Below are positions 1 to 10,703 of a stretch of 64,000 nt of DNA, piece by piece; position 1 is the stretch's first letter; each line of letters starts with the position of its first letter. The DNA lies in assembly GCA_963825055.1 (NCBI GenBank), contig CAWGSK010000007.1:64001-128000 (forward strand). The letters run 5' to 3'. The DNA comes from an uncultured Gemmatimonadales bacterium (GTDB lineage: Bacteria; Gemmatimonadota; Gemmatimonadetes; Gemmatimonadales; GWC2-71-9). The notes beneath the pieces were generated by a model. It had not been told where the DNA came from. It made no database searches and saw nothing but the letters and a program-made list of their open reading frames with translations. The translations under genes and the position numbers were made by a program.

Positions 1-249
1 GGCGAGATGGCGCCCTCCAAGCTCGTGCCCGAGGGCATCGAGGGTCGAGTGCCCTACAAGGGCCCGGTGAACGACGTGCTGTTCCAGATGGTGGGCGGCC
101 TCCGCAGCGGCATGGGATATTGTGGAGCCGCGGATATTCCGACCCTGCAGGCGGAGGTTGAGATGGTCCAGGTGACCAGCGCCGGCCTCCGGGAGTCTCA
201 CCCGCACGACGTGACCGTTACACGCGAGGCCCCGAACTACAGCCGGTAG
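1..249 (+). CDS. guaB: IMP dehydrogenase, C-terminal part (truncated by window edge)
   Basis: [27 protein letters not shown] and ESHPHDV motifs typical of the IMPDH C-terminus. Confidence 0.95.
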   Translation, partial: GEMAPSKLVPEGIEGRVPYKGPVNDVLFQMVGGLRSGMGYCGAADIPTLQAEVEMVQVTSAGLRESHPHDVTVTREAPNYSR

Positions 250-285
250 GCACCGGCAGGTCCTTTCCAGTCGCCAGGAGACCGT

Positions 286-1884
286 GTGAGCGCATCGACC
301 GGCCACCGGGAGCAATGGGGCTCCCGCATCGGCCTGATTCTCGCGATGGCGGGCAACGCCGTCGGGCTCGGTAACTTCCTGCGGTTCCCCCGCCAGGCCG
401 TGGACAACGGCGGCGGGACGTTCATGATCCCGTACTTCATCGCGTTCCTGGTGGTCGGGATCCCGCTCATGTGGATCGAGTGGGGTGTGGGCCGGCACGG
501 CGGCGAGCGGGGCGAGGGCTCCATGCCCGGGATGCTCGAATCGCTGTGGAAGCATCCGGTGGCGAAGTACCTGGGTGTCCTCGGGCTCGCGATCCCCGTC
601 ATCGTGCTGATCTACTACTGCTATATCGAATCGTGGACGCTCGCATGGACCTGGTTCTCGGTCACGGGCGACACACAGGGCCTGACCCAGGAAGGGATGC
701 GCGCCTTTCTCGGATCCTACCAGGACCTGGGCAACCACTCCGTCCACGGCTTCTGGACGCCATTCGCGTTCTTCTTCGCGACCATCGCCGTCAATTTCTG
801 GGTGGTGAGCCGCGGCCTGACTGCAGGCATCGAGCGGCTGGCCAAGATCGGCATGCCGATCCTGTTCATTTTCGCCGCCATCCTGGTGGTTCGGGTCCTG
901 ACCCTTGGCCCCCACGAAGTCACCGAGGTGGTGAATGGGGTCGCGACGACCCGGATGTATTCCCCCTGGGACGGTCTCGCCTTCATGTACACGCCGGACT
1001 GGTCGAAGCTGGCCAATCCCGGCGTGTGGCTTGCGGCGGCAGGCCAGATCTTCTTCACGCTGTCGGTCGGCATGGGAACGCTGCAGGCGTACGCGTCCTA
1101 TCTGCGGAAAACCGACGATATCGCCCTCTCGGGCCTGGCCACCTGCGCCACCAACGAGACGGCCGAGGTCGTCCTTGGCGGCTCGCTCGCGATTCCGGCC
1201 GTCGTGGCGTTCTTCGGGATCAGCGGCGCGCTCAGCATCGCGGCTGCCGGCGGTTTCGATCTGGGCTTCGTCGCCATGCCGCTGGTGTTCAACCAGCTGC
1301 CGGGCGGTCCGGTCATCGCGACCACGGCCGGGATCATGTGGTTCGGCCTGCTCTTTGTGGCCGGCATCACCAGTTCGGTGGCGATGGCGACACCCGCGAT
1401 GGCCTTCATGCAGGAGCACTTCGGCTGGACGCGGAATCGGGCTGCCTGGAGCCTGGCCGCGCTGGCGATGCTCCTGGGGCTGGCCCACATCGTGTGGTAC
1501 ACCGGCGGCTTCCTGGATGAGTGGGACTACTGGGCGGGCACGTTCGGCCTCGTCGTCCTCGCGCTGGTGGAAACGGTGATCTTCGTCTGGATCTACGGGC
1601 CGGAGAACGCCTGGCGCGAGATTCACCAGGGCGCCGCCATCCGGATCCCGCGAATCTTCAAGTTCGTGCTGACGTACATCACCCCGATGTTCCTGATCGT
1701 GATGATGGGCTGGTGGACCGTTACCGAGGCGATTCCGGTGCTGCTGATGAATAATCGTCCGGAGGCCGAGATTCCGGTGCGGTGGGCCTCGCGCGGGGTG
1801 ATGGTGGCGATCCTCATCGTGCAGCTCGTCCTCATCAACCGGGCATGGAAGCGGCGGCCGGTGAGCCGCGGGGAGGCCTCATGA
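286..1884 (+). CDS. Sodium-dependent transporter, NSS/SNF family (LeuT-like)
   Basis: REQWGSRIGLILAMAGNAVGLGNFLRFP and QIFFTLSVGMG signatures; about 12 hydrophobic segments. Confidence 0.95.
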   Translation: MSASTGHREQWGSRIGLILAMAGNAVGLGNFLRFPRQAVDNGGGTFMIPYFIAFLVVGIPLMWIEWGVGRHGGERGEGSMPGMLESLWKHPVAKYLGVLGLAIPVIVLIYYCYIESWTLAWTWFSVTGDTQGLTQEGMRAFLGSYQDLGNHSVHGFWTPFAFFFATIAVNFWVVSRGLTAGIERLAKIGMPILFIFAAILVVRVLTLGPHEVTEVVNGVATTRMYSPWDGLAFMYTPDWSKLANPGVWLAAAGQIFFTLSVGMGTLQAYASYLRKTDDIALSGLATCATNETAEVVLGGSLAIPAVVAFFGISGALSIAAAGGFDLGFVAMPLVFNQLPGGPVIATTAGIMWFGLLFVAGITSSVAMATPAMAFMQEHFGWTRNRAAWSLAALAMLLGLAHIVWYTGGFLDEWDYWAGTFGLVVLALVETVIFVWIYGPENAWREIHQGAAIRIPRIFKFVLTYITPMFLIVMMGWWTVTEAIPVLLMNNRPEAEIPVRWASRGVMVAILIVQLVLINRAWKRRPVSRGEAS

Positions 1885-2015
1885 GTGCCGGCGCACTGAT
1901 CTTCATGCTGACCGCGTGGGCGATGGTGCTGGGCCTGTTGTTCTGGTCCTACCGCCGCCTGCTCCGGATGCCCCCGCCCGGGACTGGCGACAGCGACGCC
2001 CCGCCGCCGGGCTGA
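1881..2015 (+). CDS. Small single-TM protein, probable MetS-like small subunit of the NSS transporter
   Basis: ATG at 1881 overlaps the transporter stop (ATGA); GGGAGG upstream; 44 aa MSAGALIFMLTAWAMVLGLLFWSYRRLL. Confidence 0.7.
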   Translation: MSAGALIFMLTAWAMVLGLLFWSYRRLLRMPPPGTGDSDAPPPG

Positions 2016-2058
2016 CCGGCGGTGGTGTCCCGGCCCGCGCGGTCATTAAGTTTGCTTC

Positions 2059-3075
2059 ATGACACTGACGCTTTCGCCTGACAAGGTCCGGGCCGCGCGG
2101 GCCTTCACGGAGATGTTTACCCCGGGCATGCGGGTCTGCCTGACCACCCACGTAAATCCCGATGGCGACGGCCTTGGCAGCGAGGCCGGGCTGGCGCACC
2201 TCCTGCGTGCGCGCGGCCTCTCGGTGAGCATCACCAACCCGACTCCCACGCCGCCGCGGTTCGATTTCCTCTTCCACGACCTCGAAGGGGTTGACCGGAG
2301 CGCCCGGGCGGTGCGCGAGCTGCGACGTGCAGACGCCATCGTGGTGCTGGACATCAGCGAACTGAGCCGACTCGGCATGCTGAGTGACGCGGTACGCGAG
2401 CGCGGGGTGACCGTCGGCTGCGTCGACCACCACGTGAGCGGCGGCGAACTGCCCGACGGCCCGCGCTACATCGACCAGTCGGCGGCGGCCACAGGCGTGC
2501 TGATCTGGGAGCTGGCGCGTGCCAACGACTGGTCGTTGAGCCGCTCGGCTGCCCGCGCGCTGTACGTGGCTATCATGACCGACACGGGCGGTTTCCGGTT
2601 CAGCAACACCGGACCGCATACGCTGCGGACGGCGGCCGAGCTGCTGGAGACCGGGCTCGACCCCGAAAGCATCTACATGGACGTGTATGCCAATGCCCCC
2701 GAGGGACGGGCGCGACTGCTCGCCGAGTCGCTCCAGACGCTGGTGGTGGAACCCGATCACCACCTGGCGTGGGTCACGGTGCCGCCGGGAGCGCTGGAGC
2801 GCCACGGCGTGACCGCCGACGACCTGGACGGGGTGGTGGAGTACCCCCGTTCCATCTCGGGCGTACGGATGGCATTGCTCTTTCGTGATCTCGCCGGCGG
2901 CCGGGTGAAGGTTTCCCTGCGGTCGGTGGGCGACGTCGACGTGGCCGCATTCGCCGGACGGTTCGGCGGGGGAGGGCACACGAAGGCGGCGGGTGTGTCA
3001 CTCGAAGGCCCGATGGGCGAGGCGCAATCGCGCATCCTGACCGCGGCCCGGGCCTACCTGTCGAACGGCGGTTGA
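2059..3075 (+). CDS. nrnA: DHH/DHHA1 phosphoesterase (NrnA-like oligoribonuclease/PAP phosphatase)
   Basis: HVNPDGDGLGS, VDHH, TDTGGFRFSNT, SLRS and GGGGH motifs. Confidence 0.9.
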   Translation: MTLTLSPDKVRAARAFTEMFTPGMRVCLTTHVNPDGDGLGSEAGLAHLLRARGLSVSITNPTPTPPRFDFLFHDLEGVDRSARAVRELRRADAIVVLDISELSRLGMLSDAVRERGVTVGCVDHHVSGGELPDGPRYIDQSAAATGVLIWELARANDWSLSRSAARALYVAIMTDTGGFRFSNTGPHTLRTAAELLETGLDPESIYMDVYANAPEGRARLLAESLQTLVVEPDHHLAWVTVPPGALERHGVTADDLDGVVEYPRSISGVRMALLFRDLAGGRVKVSLRSVGDVDVAAFAGRFGGGGHTKAAGVSLEGPMGEAQSRILTAARAYLSNGG

Positions 3076-3146
3076 ACCCGGGTTAGCTTCCCGGCAGTCC
3101 TTTCCGCAGCGCCCGTGGGCGCCTTACCGAGACCGGAGCAGTCGCA

Positions 3147-4240
3147 GTGCAGGAATCGCTGGCAGCACGCGTTACGGCCGCCCTCGCGGCCATCAGCAAT
3201 CCACGACTCGAGAACGATATCCTCTCGGCGGGCATGGTCCGCGACCTCGAGGTCTCCGAAGAGGGCGTGGTGCAGTTCACGTTTCTCCTCGGTCGGGACG
3301 ACCCTGCCACGCTGGTCCGCCAGGTGCGGACCACGCTGCGCGAGATCGAGGGCGTGGGAGAGGTGCGCATCAGTGTCACCGATCCCGGCGCGCCGCCGGC
3401 CCCGAAGCGGGGGCCGGCGGGTGGCGCAGTCCCCCCCCACCCACGCCAGCGGAATACGGGCATCTCGGCACGATCCTGGCCGTCTCCAGTGGCAAGGGCG
3501 GGGTAGGCAAGTCCACCGTTGCCGCCAATCTCGCCGTGAGCCTCGCGCAGGCGGGCAAGCGCGTGGCCCTGATGGATTCCGACGTCTACGGACCCAACAT
3601 CCCGCGCATGTTCGGGGTGTTCGAGAAGCCCCCGGTGCACGACCAGAAGATCCAGCCGCTCGAGGCGCATGGCGTGAAGCTCATGTCACTCGGGTTCCTG
3701 GTCGAGCGGGACGCCCCGGCCATCTGGCGCGGCCCGATCATCATGAAGGTCGTCCAGCAGTTCCTGCGGGATGTCAACTGGGGGGAGCTCGACTACTTCA
3801 TCGTGGATCTGCCGCCCGGCACGGGTGACGCCCAGCTCTCGCTCGTGCAGGCCTGCCGTGTCGCCGGGGCGATCATCGTTACCACGCCCCAGGAAGTTGC
3901 GGTGGGTGACGCCCTGCGGGGCGCACGGATGTTCGAGAAGGTGGAAGTCCCGGTGCTCGGCGTGGTCGAGAACATGAGCGGCTACACCTGCCCTGACTGC
4001 GGCAGCCATCACGACCTCTTCGGCCGGGGTGGTGGCCAGCGCCTGGCCGAGGAACTTGGGGTTCCGCTCCTCGGCACGATCCCGCTGCAGCCCGGCATGA
4101 CCGAGGAAGCCGACGCGGGCCAGCCAGTGGTGGTGAGCGACCCGGACAGCGCAGCCGCGGAGGCACTGCGGGCCCTGGCGATGACCATCATGAAACAGGC
4201 GGCCGGCCGGGGAACGCCTCTGCCGATCCTGCGGGGTTAA
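3147..4240 (+). CDS. mrp: Mrp/NBP35 (ApbC) Fe-S carrier ATPase, split by a frameshift in the C8 run at 3431-3438
   Basis: N-terminal FeS-assembly domain in 3147..3506. A second frame carries AVSSGKGGVGKST, DxDVYGP, WRGP, DLPPGTGD and CPDC. One extra C restores a single ORF. Confidence 0.9.
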
Positions 4241-4283
4241 TCGCACGAACAAGCATCCGCAGCGCCCCACTGTCGGAGCTTCC

Positions 4284-7200
4284 ATTACCGGCGCCCTCCT
4301 GCTGGCAATTGCCTGGTTTGCGGTTGCCAGACTGAGTCTCCTGCCGGTCATTGCGCGCGACAACGTCTCGCTCGCGTGGCCGGCCTCGGGCGTGGGTCTC
4401 GCCGCACTCCTGCTCTACGGCCGCCGGCTCTGGCCCGGTATCACCCTCGCCTCCCTCACCCTCTCCGCTTCCATTGCCATCCCACTCCCGATCGCGGTCA
4501 CGGTGGCGGTCGGGCACACGCTCGAAGCGGTGTGCGCGTCCCTCATCATTGAGCGTCTGGCGCGCCCCCACATCACCCTCGACCGCCTTGGGGACGTGCT
4601 GGCCCTCGTGGCCGCGGCGATCGTCGGCGCACTTATCAGTGCTGGCCTGGGCGGACTCGCACTGGACCTCCTCGGGATGTACCCCCCGGGTGCGGTCGCC
4701 GGCGCCATTGCCACCTGGTGGCTGTCGAACCTGCTGGGGCTGCTCCTGGTCGGCTCGCTGATCGTGACCTGGGCCGACCGGCGACAGGCGCCGCTGCTGC
4801 GTGCGCGTCCGCTCGAAGCCACAGCCTTGCTGGCCGGCCTGACGCTGGCGTGCTACGTGGTCTTTCTCGCGCGCCCGCTTGACCCCCGGGGGCCCGCGGC
4901 GAGCAGTGCAGCCTTCGTCGTCTTCCCGTTCATGATCTGGGCCGCGCTCCGCTTTCACGCCAGGGGCGCGGCGACTACGACCTTCCTCATCGCCGTGTTT
5001 GCGGTCGCCGGCGCCCTCCTGGGCCGCGGCATGCTGGCGCGCTCGACCTTTGTGGAGTCGGTGCCTTACCTCGAGGTCTACCTGGCCGTCGTGGGGGTGA
5101 CGGGCCTGGTGCTCGGGGCCGTCATCGCCTCGCACCACCGCGTGACCGCCCGGCTCCAGGAGACCGAGGCGGCGAACATGGCCCTGCTTCGGGTCATCCC
5201 GGACACCGTACTCCGGCTCGCCGAGGATGGCCGGGTGGTGGACATAATTGCCACCGGGCCGGGATTCATCGGGGTGGATCCGGACGTGCGCCAGCGCCAG
5301 CTGGAAGACCTGCTGCCCGAGCCGTTCGCCGCAGCGGTGCGCTCGGCGCTTCGCGCAGCGATCGTCTCCGGACGGGTGCAGACGGTGGAAGGGGCGACGC
5401 ACGACACGACCCGCCTCCAGTGGGAACTCCGCATCTTCCCGGCCGGCGTGGGCGAGGCCTTTGCGATCGCCCGTGACGTGACCTTGCGCCAGATCGCGGA
5501 AGAGGCCGTGCGCGAGAACGAGGAGCGTTTCAGGGCCCTGGTGGAGGGCGCGCCGGAGGCGATCGTCGTGCTGGACCCGGAGACGGGCCTGTTCGTGGAC
5601 TGCAACGACAAGGCCTGCCGGCTCTTCGGGCTGCCCCGCAGGGCCCTGCTGCGCACGGGGCCGGTGCAGATGAGTCCGGAACTGCAGCCCGATGGCCGGC
5701 GGTCCGACGAGGTCGCCGGTCCCTATATCCAGGAGGCGCAGGCCGGTTCCCCGCAGGCCTTTTCCTGGGTGCACCGGCACGCCGACGGCCGGGCATTGCC
5801 ATGTGAGGTCCGGCTCAACCGCTTCCCCTCAGGGGGGCGGCAACTGATTCGCGCCAGTATCTCCGACGTCAGTGACCTCCTCCGGATGAACGAGGAACTG
5901 GCCCAGTCCGAAGAACGGTACCGGCTCCTGTTTCAGCACAATCCGCAGCCCATGCTGGTTTACGACACCCAGACGCTGGCGGTCGTGGCTGTCAACCAGG
6001 CCGCCATCGCGCGTTATGGTTACGCCGAGTCGGAGTTCCTGCGGCTCAAGATTGAGCAACTCCGCCCGCCGGAGGACGTGGCGCTCCTCCGCCACCACCT
6101 GGAGCGCCGGACGTCGACGACGTACCAGAGCGGTGTGTGGCGCCATCAGACCGCCGCGGGAGAGGTGTTCGAGGTGGAGGTCACCTCGCACGAGATCCAG
6201 TTCGCCGGCCGTGCCTGTCGCATCGTCCTGATGGTGGACGTCTCGGAACGGCACCGCCTGGAGGAGCAGTTGCGGCAGAGCCAGAAGATGGAGGCGATCG
6301 GCCGGCTGGCTGGCGGGGTGGCCCACGATTTCAACAACATCCTGACGGCCATCAGCGGCTATGCCGACCTGGTCGTGGGTGAACTCGATCCGGCCCACCC
6401 GGTGGTGGAGGACGTGCTGGAAATCCAGCTCGCAACGCGGCGGGCGGCCGACCTGACCCGCCAGCTCCTGACGTTCAGCCGGAAGCAGCTCTCCCTCCCC
6501 CGCGATCTTGACATGAATGACGTCGTCCGCGGCATGGAGCCGATGCTGCGGCGCCTGCTGAACGAGGAGATCGAGTTCAGCGTCCGGCTCGAGGCCACGG
6601 GATTCGCGCGCGCCGACCAGAGCCATCTCGAGCAGATCCTCCTGAACCTGGCCGTCAACGCGAACGATGCGATGCCGGGAGGAGGTCAACTTCTCGTCGC
6701 GACCGACGATGTCACGCTGGATGCCCCCGTCGTCCGGATGCACGCCGTGGTGCCGGAGGGGACCTATGTGCGGCTGACGGTCCAGGACTCGGGGGTCGGC
6801 ATGCCGCGCGAAGTCCTGGACCGGGTCTTTGAGCCATTCTTCACCACCAAGGAGGTGGGCAAGGGGACAGGACTGGGCCTCTCGACGGTCTACGGCATCG
6901 TCAAGCAGAGCCAGGGCCATATCGAGGTGGAAAGCGATCCCGGCCAGGGCACGAGCTTCAGGGTGTACCTCCCATGGGTGACGGCCGGTCCGGAGCCCGC
7001 GAAACCCGCCCGTGTGTCGCCGCCGTCTGGAACGGGAAGGCCCCGCCCGGCCCGGATCCTCGTGGTCGAGGACGAGCCCGCCGTGCGAGGGCTCATCCGA
7101 CGGACCCTCGCGGCGGCCTCCCACGATGTCCTGACCGCCGCCGATGGCCGCGAGGCGCTGGACGCCGTGGGCGATGGTCCACCCATCGACCTGCTGGTCT

Positions 7201-7415
7201 CCGATGTGATCATGCCAGGCATGCGCGGAACGAACGTGGCCGCCGCGCTCCGGGAGCGGCTGCCGGACCTGCCGGTCCTCTTTCTGTCGGGATACACTGG
7301 ACCTCGAAACTTCGATCAGGAATTTCCGGGTCCGCGGGCCGACTTTCTCCAGAAGCCCTTCACCGCGGAGGATCTGGTGCGGAAAGTGAACGCCCTGCTG
7401 AAGGACCTCGAATGA
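4284..7415 (+). CDS. Hybrid sensor histidine kinase: MASE1, PAS domains, HisKA, HATPase, REC (start uncertain)
   Basis: MASE1-like [32 protein letters not shown]-box; [17 protein letters not shown]-terminal receiver. The frame stays open and hydrophobic upstream of the GTG at 4392. Confidence 0.9.
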   Translation: MTGALLLAIAWFAVARLSLLPVIARDNVSLAWPASGVGLAALLLYGRRLWPGITLASLTLSASIAIPLPIAVTVAVGHTLEAVCASLIIERLARPHITLDRLGDVLALVAAAIVGALISAGLGGLALDLLGMYPPGAVAGAIATWWLSNLLGLLLVGSLIVTWADRRQAPLLRARPLEATALLAGLTLACYVVFLARPLDPRGPAASSAAFVVFPFMIWAALRFHARGAATTTFLIAVFAVAGALLGRGMLARSTFVESVPYLEVYLAVVGVTGLVLGAVIASHHRVTARLQETEAANMALLRVIPDTVLRLAEDGRVVDIIATGPGFIGVDPDVRQRQLEDLLPEPFAAAVRSALRAAIVSGRVQTVEGATHDTTRLQWELRIFPAGVGEAFAIARDVTLRQIAEEAVRENEERFRALVEGAPEAIVVLDPETGLFVDCNDKACRLFGLPRRALLRTGPVQMSPELQPDGRRSDEVAGPYIQEAQAGSPQAFSWVHRHADGRALPCEVRLNRFPSGGRQLIRASISDVSDLLRMNEELAQSEERYRLLFQHNPQPMLVYDTQTLAVVAVNQAAIARYGYAESEFLRLKIEQLRPPEDVALLRHHLERRTSTTYQSGVWRHQTAAGEVFEVEVTSHEIQFAGRACRIVLMVDVSERHRLEEQLRQSQKMEAIGRLAGGVAHDFNNILTAISGYADLVVGELDPAHPVVEDVLEIQLATRRAADLTRQLLTFSRKQLSLPRDLDMNDVVRGMEPMLRRLLNEEIEFSVRLEATGFARADQSHLEQILLNLAVNANDAMPGGGQLLVATDDVTLDAPVVRMHAVVPEGTYVRLTVQDSGVGMPREVLDRVFEPFFTTKEVGKGTGLGLSTVYGIVKQSQGHIEVESDPGQGTSFRVYLPWVTAGPEPAKPARVSPPSGTGRPRPARILVVEDEPAVRGLIRRTLAAASHDVLTAADGREALDAVGDGPPIDLLVSDVIMPGMRGTNVAAALRERLPDLPVLFLSGYTGPRNFDQEFPGPRADFLQKPFTAEDLVRKVNALLKDLE

Positions 7416-8179
7416 GACCTCCGGGCATCATCACCCTCCTGACCGACTTCGGCGTCACTGACGCGTACGTGGGTGAGTTGAAGGGTGTGCTCCTGAGCCG
7501 GGCCCCCGGTGCCACGCTTGTGGACCTCACCCATGACATTTCCCCGGGCGACGTCCGTGCCGCCGCCTATGTGCTCGCGAGGGCCTGGCCGCGATACCCG
7601 GCCGGCACGGTGCACCTGGTTGTGGTGGATCCTGGTGTCGGTTCGACCCGGGCCGGGCTCCTCGTCCGGGCAGGAGGCCAGGCGTTCGTCGGCCCCGACA
7701 ACGGGGTGCTGACCAGCGCACTGGCCGCAGACCCGCGCCCGGTGCTCCGGCTCAACGAGCCGCCGGATGCGAGTCCGACATTTCACGGTCGGGATGTCTT
7801 CGCGCCTGCGGCCGCATGTATCGCCCGCGGCGACGAGCCGGGTTCGGTCGGCCTGCCGTTCATCGGCGCTCCCATCAGGTTGCCGGCGCCGGAGCCCTGG
7901 TATGAAGGGAAGGTCCTCATCGGGGAGGTCGTCTACATCGACCGGTTCGGCAACGTGGTGACCAACCTGGACACCACCCTGGTGCCCGACTACGGCAGCC
8001 TCGAGACGGAGGGCGTGGAAATCGGGAGGCTCCGTCGCTCGTTCAGCGACGTCCCACCGGGGGAACTGCTGGCGTACGTGGGTTCGGGCGGCCAGGTGGA
8101 GATCGCGGTGCGGGATGGCTCGGCGGCGCGCCGGCTGGGACTGGGAGTAGGAAGCCGGGTGAGGGTACGGCTGGGGTAG
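7412..8179 (+). CDS. DUF62 family SAM hydrolase / SAM-dependent halogenase family protein
   Basis: IITLLTDFG, VVDPGVGSTR, TFHGRDVFAP and IDRFGN motifs; ATG at 7412 overlaps the kinase stop. Confidence 0.9.
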   Translation: MRPPGIITLLTDFGVTDAYVGELKGVLLSRAPGATLVDLTHDISPGDVRAAAYVLARAWPRYPAGTVHLVVVDPGVGSTRAGLLVRAGGQAFVGPDNGVLTSALAADPRPVLRLNEPPDASPTFHGRDVFAPAAACIARGDEPGSVGLPFIGAPIRLPAPEPWYEGKVLIGEVVYIDRFGNVVTNLDTTLVPDYGSLETEGVEIGRLRRSFSDVPPGELLAYVGSGGQVEIAVRDGSAARRLGLGVGSRVRVRLG

Positions 8180-8183
8180 ACTC

Positions 8184-8267
8184 CGGTGAGCGGTGAGCGG
8201 TAAGCGGTAAACGGTAAACGGTGAGCGGTGAGCGGTGAGCAGTGAGCAGTGAGCGGTGAGCGGTGAA
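8184..8267 (+). repeat. Heptamer tandem repeat, CGGTGAG family, 12 copies (variants CGGTAAG, CGGTAAA, CAGTGAG)
   Basis: Read directly; starts 4 nt after the 8179 stop. Confidence 0.95.
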
Positions 8268-8270
8268 CAA

Positions 8271-8300
8271 CCTGTCCGTCTGCCCGCCTGCCCGCCTGTC
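8271..8300 (-). repeat. Octamer tandem repeat, CGGRCAGG family, about 4 copies
   Basis: Plus strand cctgtccg tctgcccg cctgcccg cctgtc, abutting the stop of the minus-strand gene at 8299. Confidence 0.8.
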
Positions 8301-9147
8301 AATCCGCCCAATTCACCACAAGCCCCCCGACAGTGACGGACACGGAGATGTCGAGATGCTTCGTGGCTGTCTCATAGCCTGGCGACAGGTACTGCCCGTC
8401 CTTCTGTGTGAACCCGGCGGCGTCCAGGCTCGCGAGAAACCGGTTCACGGTCAGCGCCACCCCGGCGTCACGGGGCAGCAGCAGGGTCACCTCACCGAAC
8501 GTGACTTTCACCCGGATCCGTGCGTCCGCCGTCCAGCCGCCCGTCAGGTCCAGGGTCACGTCACCCGCGCCACCCTCGAAGCGGATATCCTCACAACGGC
8601 TGTTGCCGAGGTCGTACGCCACGAAGTTGGTGGCCCCACCGGACATTTCGAGCATCCGGCAGGCGATCTGATTTGGTTCGGAGAACCTCACGACCGAACG
8701 GCTGGCGTCCGTGTGCACCGTGGCGTCGGTGAGCCGCAGCCCACCCAGTTCCAGGTCGGCCTCGACCGCCCCGACCTGCGCATCCACCGAGACGTTGATA
8801 TCCGTGGGCAATTCCACCACGGCGTGCTGCTCGAGCTGGTGTCGCGAACTCACCCGTAGCCCCGCCCCCCCGACACTGCGCACCCCGAGCGTGACCTCGC
8901 GCCCCTGCTCGTTCCATTCCCCCACCGGCGTGAATCGCTCCGGGTCCCAGGCGAGCGTCATGCGATAGAGCAGGCCCGCTGGAGCCGGGGCCAGGCGCAC
9001 TGTGCCCGCGGCAAAGTTGATCCGTGCCCGTAATTCCCGCTCGCCCTGATGCTGCCGGGATACGGTGGTCTCGCGCATCGTCTGGGCGGCCAGGCCGGAT
9101 GGCACAAGGAGCAGGGCGGCCAGCGATGCCGCGAGGGCCCGGCTCAA
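8299..9147 (-). CDS. Secreted beta-solenoid protein (toast-rack/DUF2154/LiaF-like)
   Basis: TTG at 9147 overlaps the upstream stop; signal peptide SRALAASLAALLLVPSGLAA; repeated G-x-G-x-V-x-L-D-L beta motifs. Confidence 0.7.
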   Translation of the reverse strand: MSRALAASLAALLLVPSGLAAQTMRETTVSRQHQGERELRARINFAAGTVRLAPAPAGLLYRMTLAWDPERFTPVGEWNEQGREVTLGVRSVGGAGLRVSSRHQLEQHAVVELPTDINVSVDAQVGAVEADLELGGLRLTDATVHTDASRSVVRFSEPNQIACRMLEMSGGATNFVAYDLGNSRCEDIRFEGGAGDVTLDLTGGWTADARIRVKVTFGEVTLLLPRDAGVALTVNRFLASLDAAGFTQKDGQYLSPGYETATKHLDISVSVTVGGLVVNWAD

Positions 9148-10703
9148 CGCTCCCCCGGAGGTGGCGTGCGGTGCCCCGGCCGGCGCACGGCCGGCACCCC
9201 GAACTGCGGCGTGGCCCAGAGGTATTCGTCCGTGAGTGCCTCCGGGGGCACGATCCGCCCGCTGAAGGCCTCGCGGGCGCCGGCCCGCGAGAGGAGCATG
9301 GCGCCGAATCCGGTGGTGGCGAGGAGCCAGGTGGCGAGGGCGGCGATACCCTTGATGAGCCCGCCCGCCACGGGCACCCATCCGAAGACCACCCAGGCCG
9401 CCCAGAGCGCCAGCAGCGCCACCAGGCCGATCATCAGGTAGCGGTAACTGTTCGCCGAACTGACCGGAATGCCGGCCGCCATGCGGCGGCGGGTGTAGGT
9501 CTCGCCCATGGCGTGGGCCACGGCGAGATACCCGCCCAGCAGCCCGACGATCACCAGCAGGCCGTAGGCGACAACCGCGAACGGTATCAGGAGTACTCCA
9601 ACCACCGTGAGCGTGAGGCCCACTACCAGCATGCCGAAGGTGGGGAGGACAAGCATCTCGGCAAGCAGGCCCACGACGAACGAGCGAGCGAAGGAATGCG
9701 TGACGGTGTCGGCGACGATCTCGAGATGCGAGCGCCCGAAGAGCACCACGCCGAAGCCGACGCCGGCCAGGGTCACGAACAGACCAAGCAGTCCGGCGGC
9801 GTTCCGCGCAACGCGGGCCGGGCCCGATGAGGCGACCGTTTCCGTGGCGGCCGGCGCGTGAGCCGCCGCGGCGAGAGTCCGCACCTGGCCGTCGACGCGC
9901 CCACCCTCCAGCCGGACCAGCCCGTCCATCGCCAGCACGTCACCGGCCACCCGGCCGCCCTGATGGACGATGGCGTCGCCATGGGCGACGACCAGGTTTC
10001 CGTTCACGATGCCGTAGATGTCAGCGTTGCCGTCGAGCACCAGGAGGGGGCCGGTCAACGTCTCGCTTGAACCGAGGCTGAAGTTTCCGGATCGGGCGGT
10101 CCCGCCCGGCACCGTGAGGACACGCGATGACCCCGTGAGGGCCAGGGCGCGCTTCAGGCGGTTTTCGAGCAGGACCGGGTTGGAGAGGTCATCCAGGGGC
10201 ACCACCAGGCCCCCGGGCCCCGCATCAGGGACGGCCTGTGGGGCCTCGGCGGTGGTCTGGATGGCTGCGAGATGCGAGAGACGCCTGCGGACGCGGTCGG
10301 CCGCGGGGGTTTCGGATTCTGTGACGCTGTCGGGGGACCAGTCCCGCAGGACGGTGAGCAGGTCCGGCGTGCTCTGGCGGCCGGCCTCGTGGACCAGATC
10401 CCGCCAGGCTTCATGGAAGGGGCCGTGGGGCTGGTAATGGCCTACCTCGTCGTGGCCGATGCGGACGTTCCCGCCGGCCAGCTCAAGGAACAGCGTGCGA
10501 TTGTCGGCGAGGGTGAAGCCGAGGATCAGGTCGTCCGGGCCGATCGCGGTATAGTGACTCCGGACGGACTCAGTGCGCTCATGGCCCAGCAGGCCACGGA
10601 TGAAGTCGACCGGGGTGTCCAGGGGATCGGGCCCGGCGGCGCGGCCTGTCGCGGGCGCTCCCAGGAGCAGGAGCGCGGCGAGGGCGGCGCTAGGCGCTCG
10701 CAC
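9144..10703 (-). CDS. Membrane protein with bactofilin-like (polymer-forming) beta-helix and C-terminal TM bundle
   Basis: Signal peptide; GNADIYGIVNGNLVVAHGDAIVHQGGRVAGDV repeats; 4-5 TM helices. Confidence 0.7.
   Translation of the reverse strand: MRAPSAALAALLLLGAPATGRAAGPDPLDTPVDFIRGLLGHERTESVRSHYTAIGPDDLILGFTLADNRTLFLELAGGNVRIGHDEVGHYQPHGPFHEAWRDLVHEAGRQSTPDLLTVLRDWSPDSVTESETPAADRVRRRLSHLAAIQTTAEAPQAVPDAGPGGLVVPLDDLSNPVLLENRLKRALALTGSSRVLTVPGGTARSGNFSLGSSETLTGPLLVLDGNADIYGIVNGNLVVAHGDAIVHQGGRVAGDVLAMDGLVRLEGGRVDGQVRTLAAAAHAPAATETVASSGPARVARNAAGLLGLFVTLAGVGFGVVLFGRSHLEIVADTVTHSFARSFVVGLLAEMLVLPTFGMLVVGLTLTVVGVLLIPFAVVAYGLLVIVGLLGGYLAVAHAMGETYTRRRMAAGIPVSSANSYRYLMIGLVALLALWAAWVVFGWVPVAGGLIKGIAALATWLLATTGFGAMLLSRAGAREAFSGRIVPPEALTDEYLWATPQFGVPAVRRPGHRTPPPGER

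Noticed and set aside
7412..8179. Fluorinase/chlorinase
   Set aside because: It retains the Asp-Arg-His pattern (DPGVGSTR, FHGRD) of DUF62 SAM hydrolases, and there is no biosynthetic cluster context.
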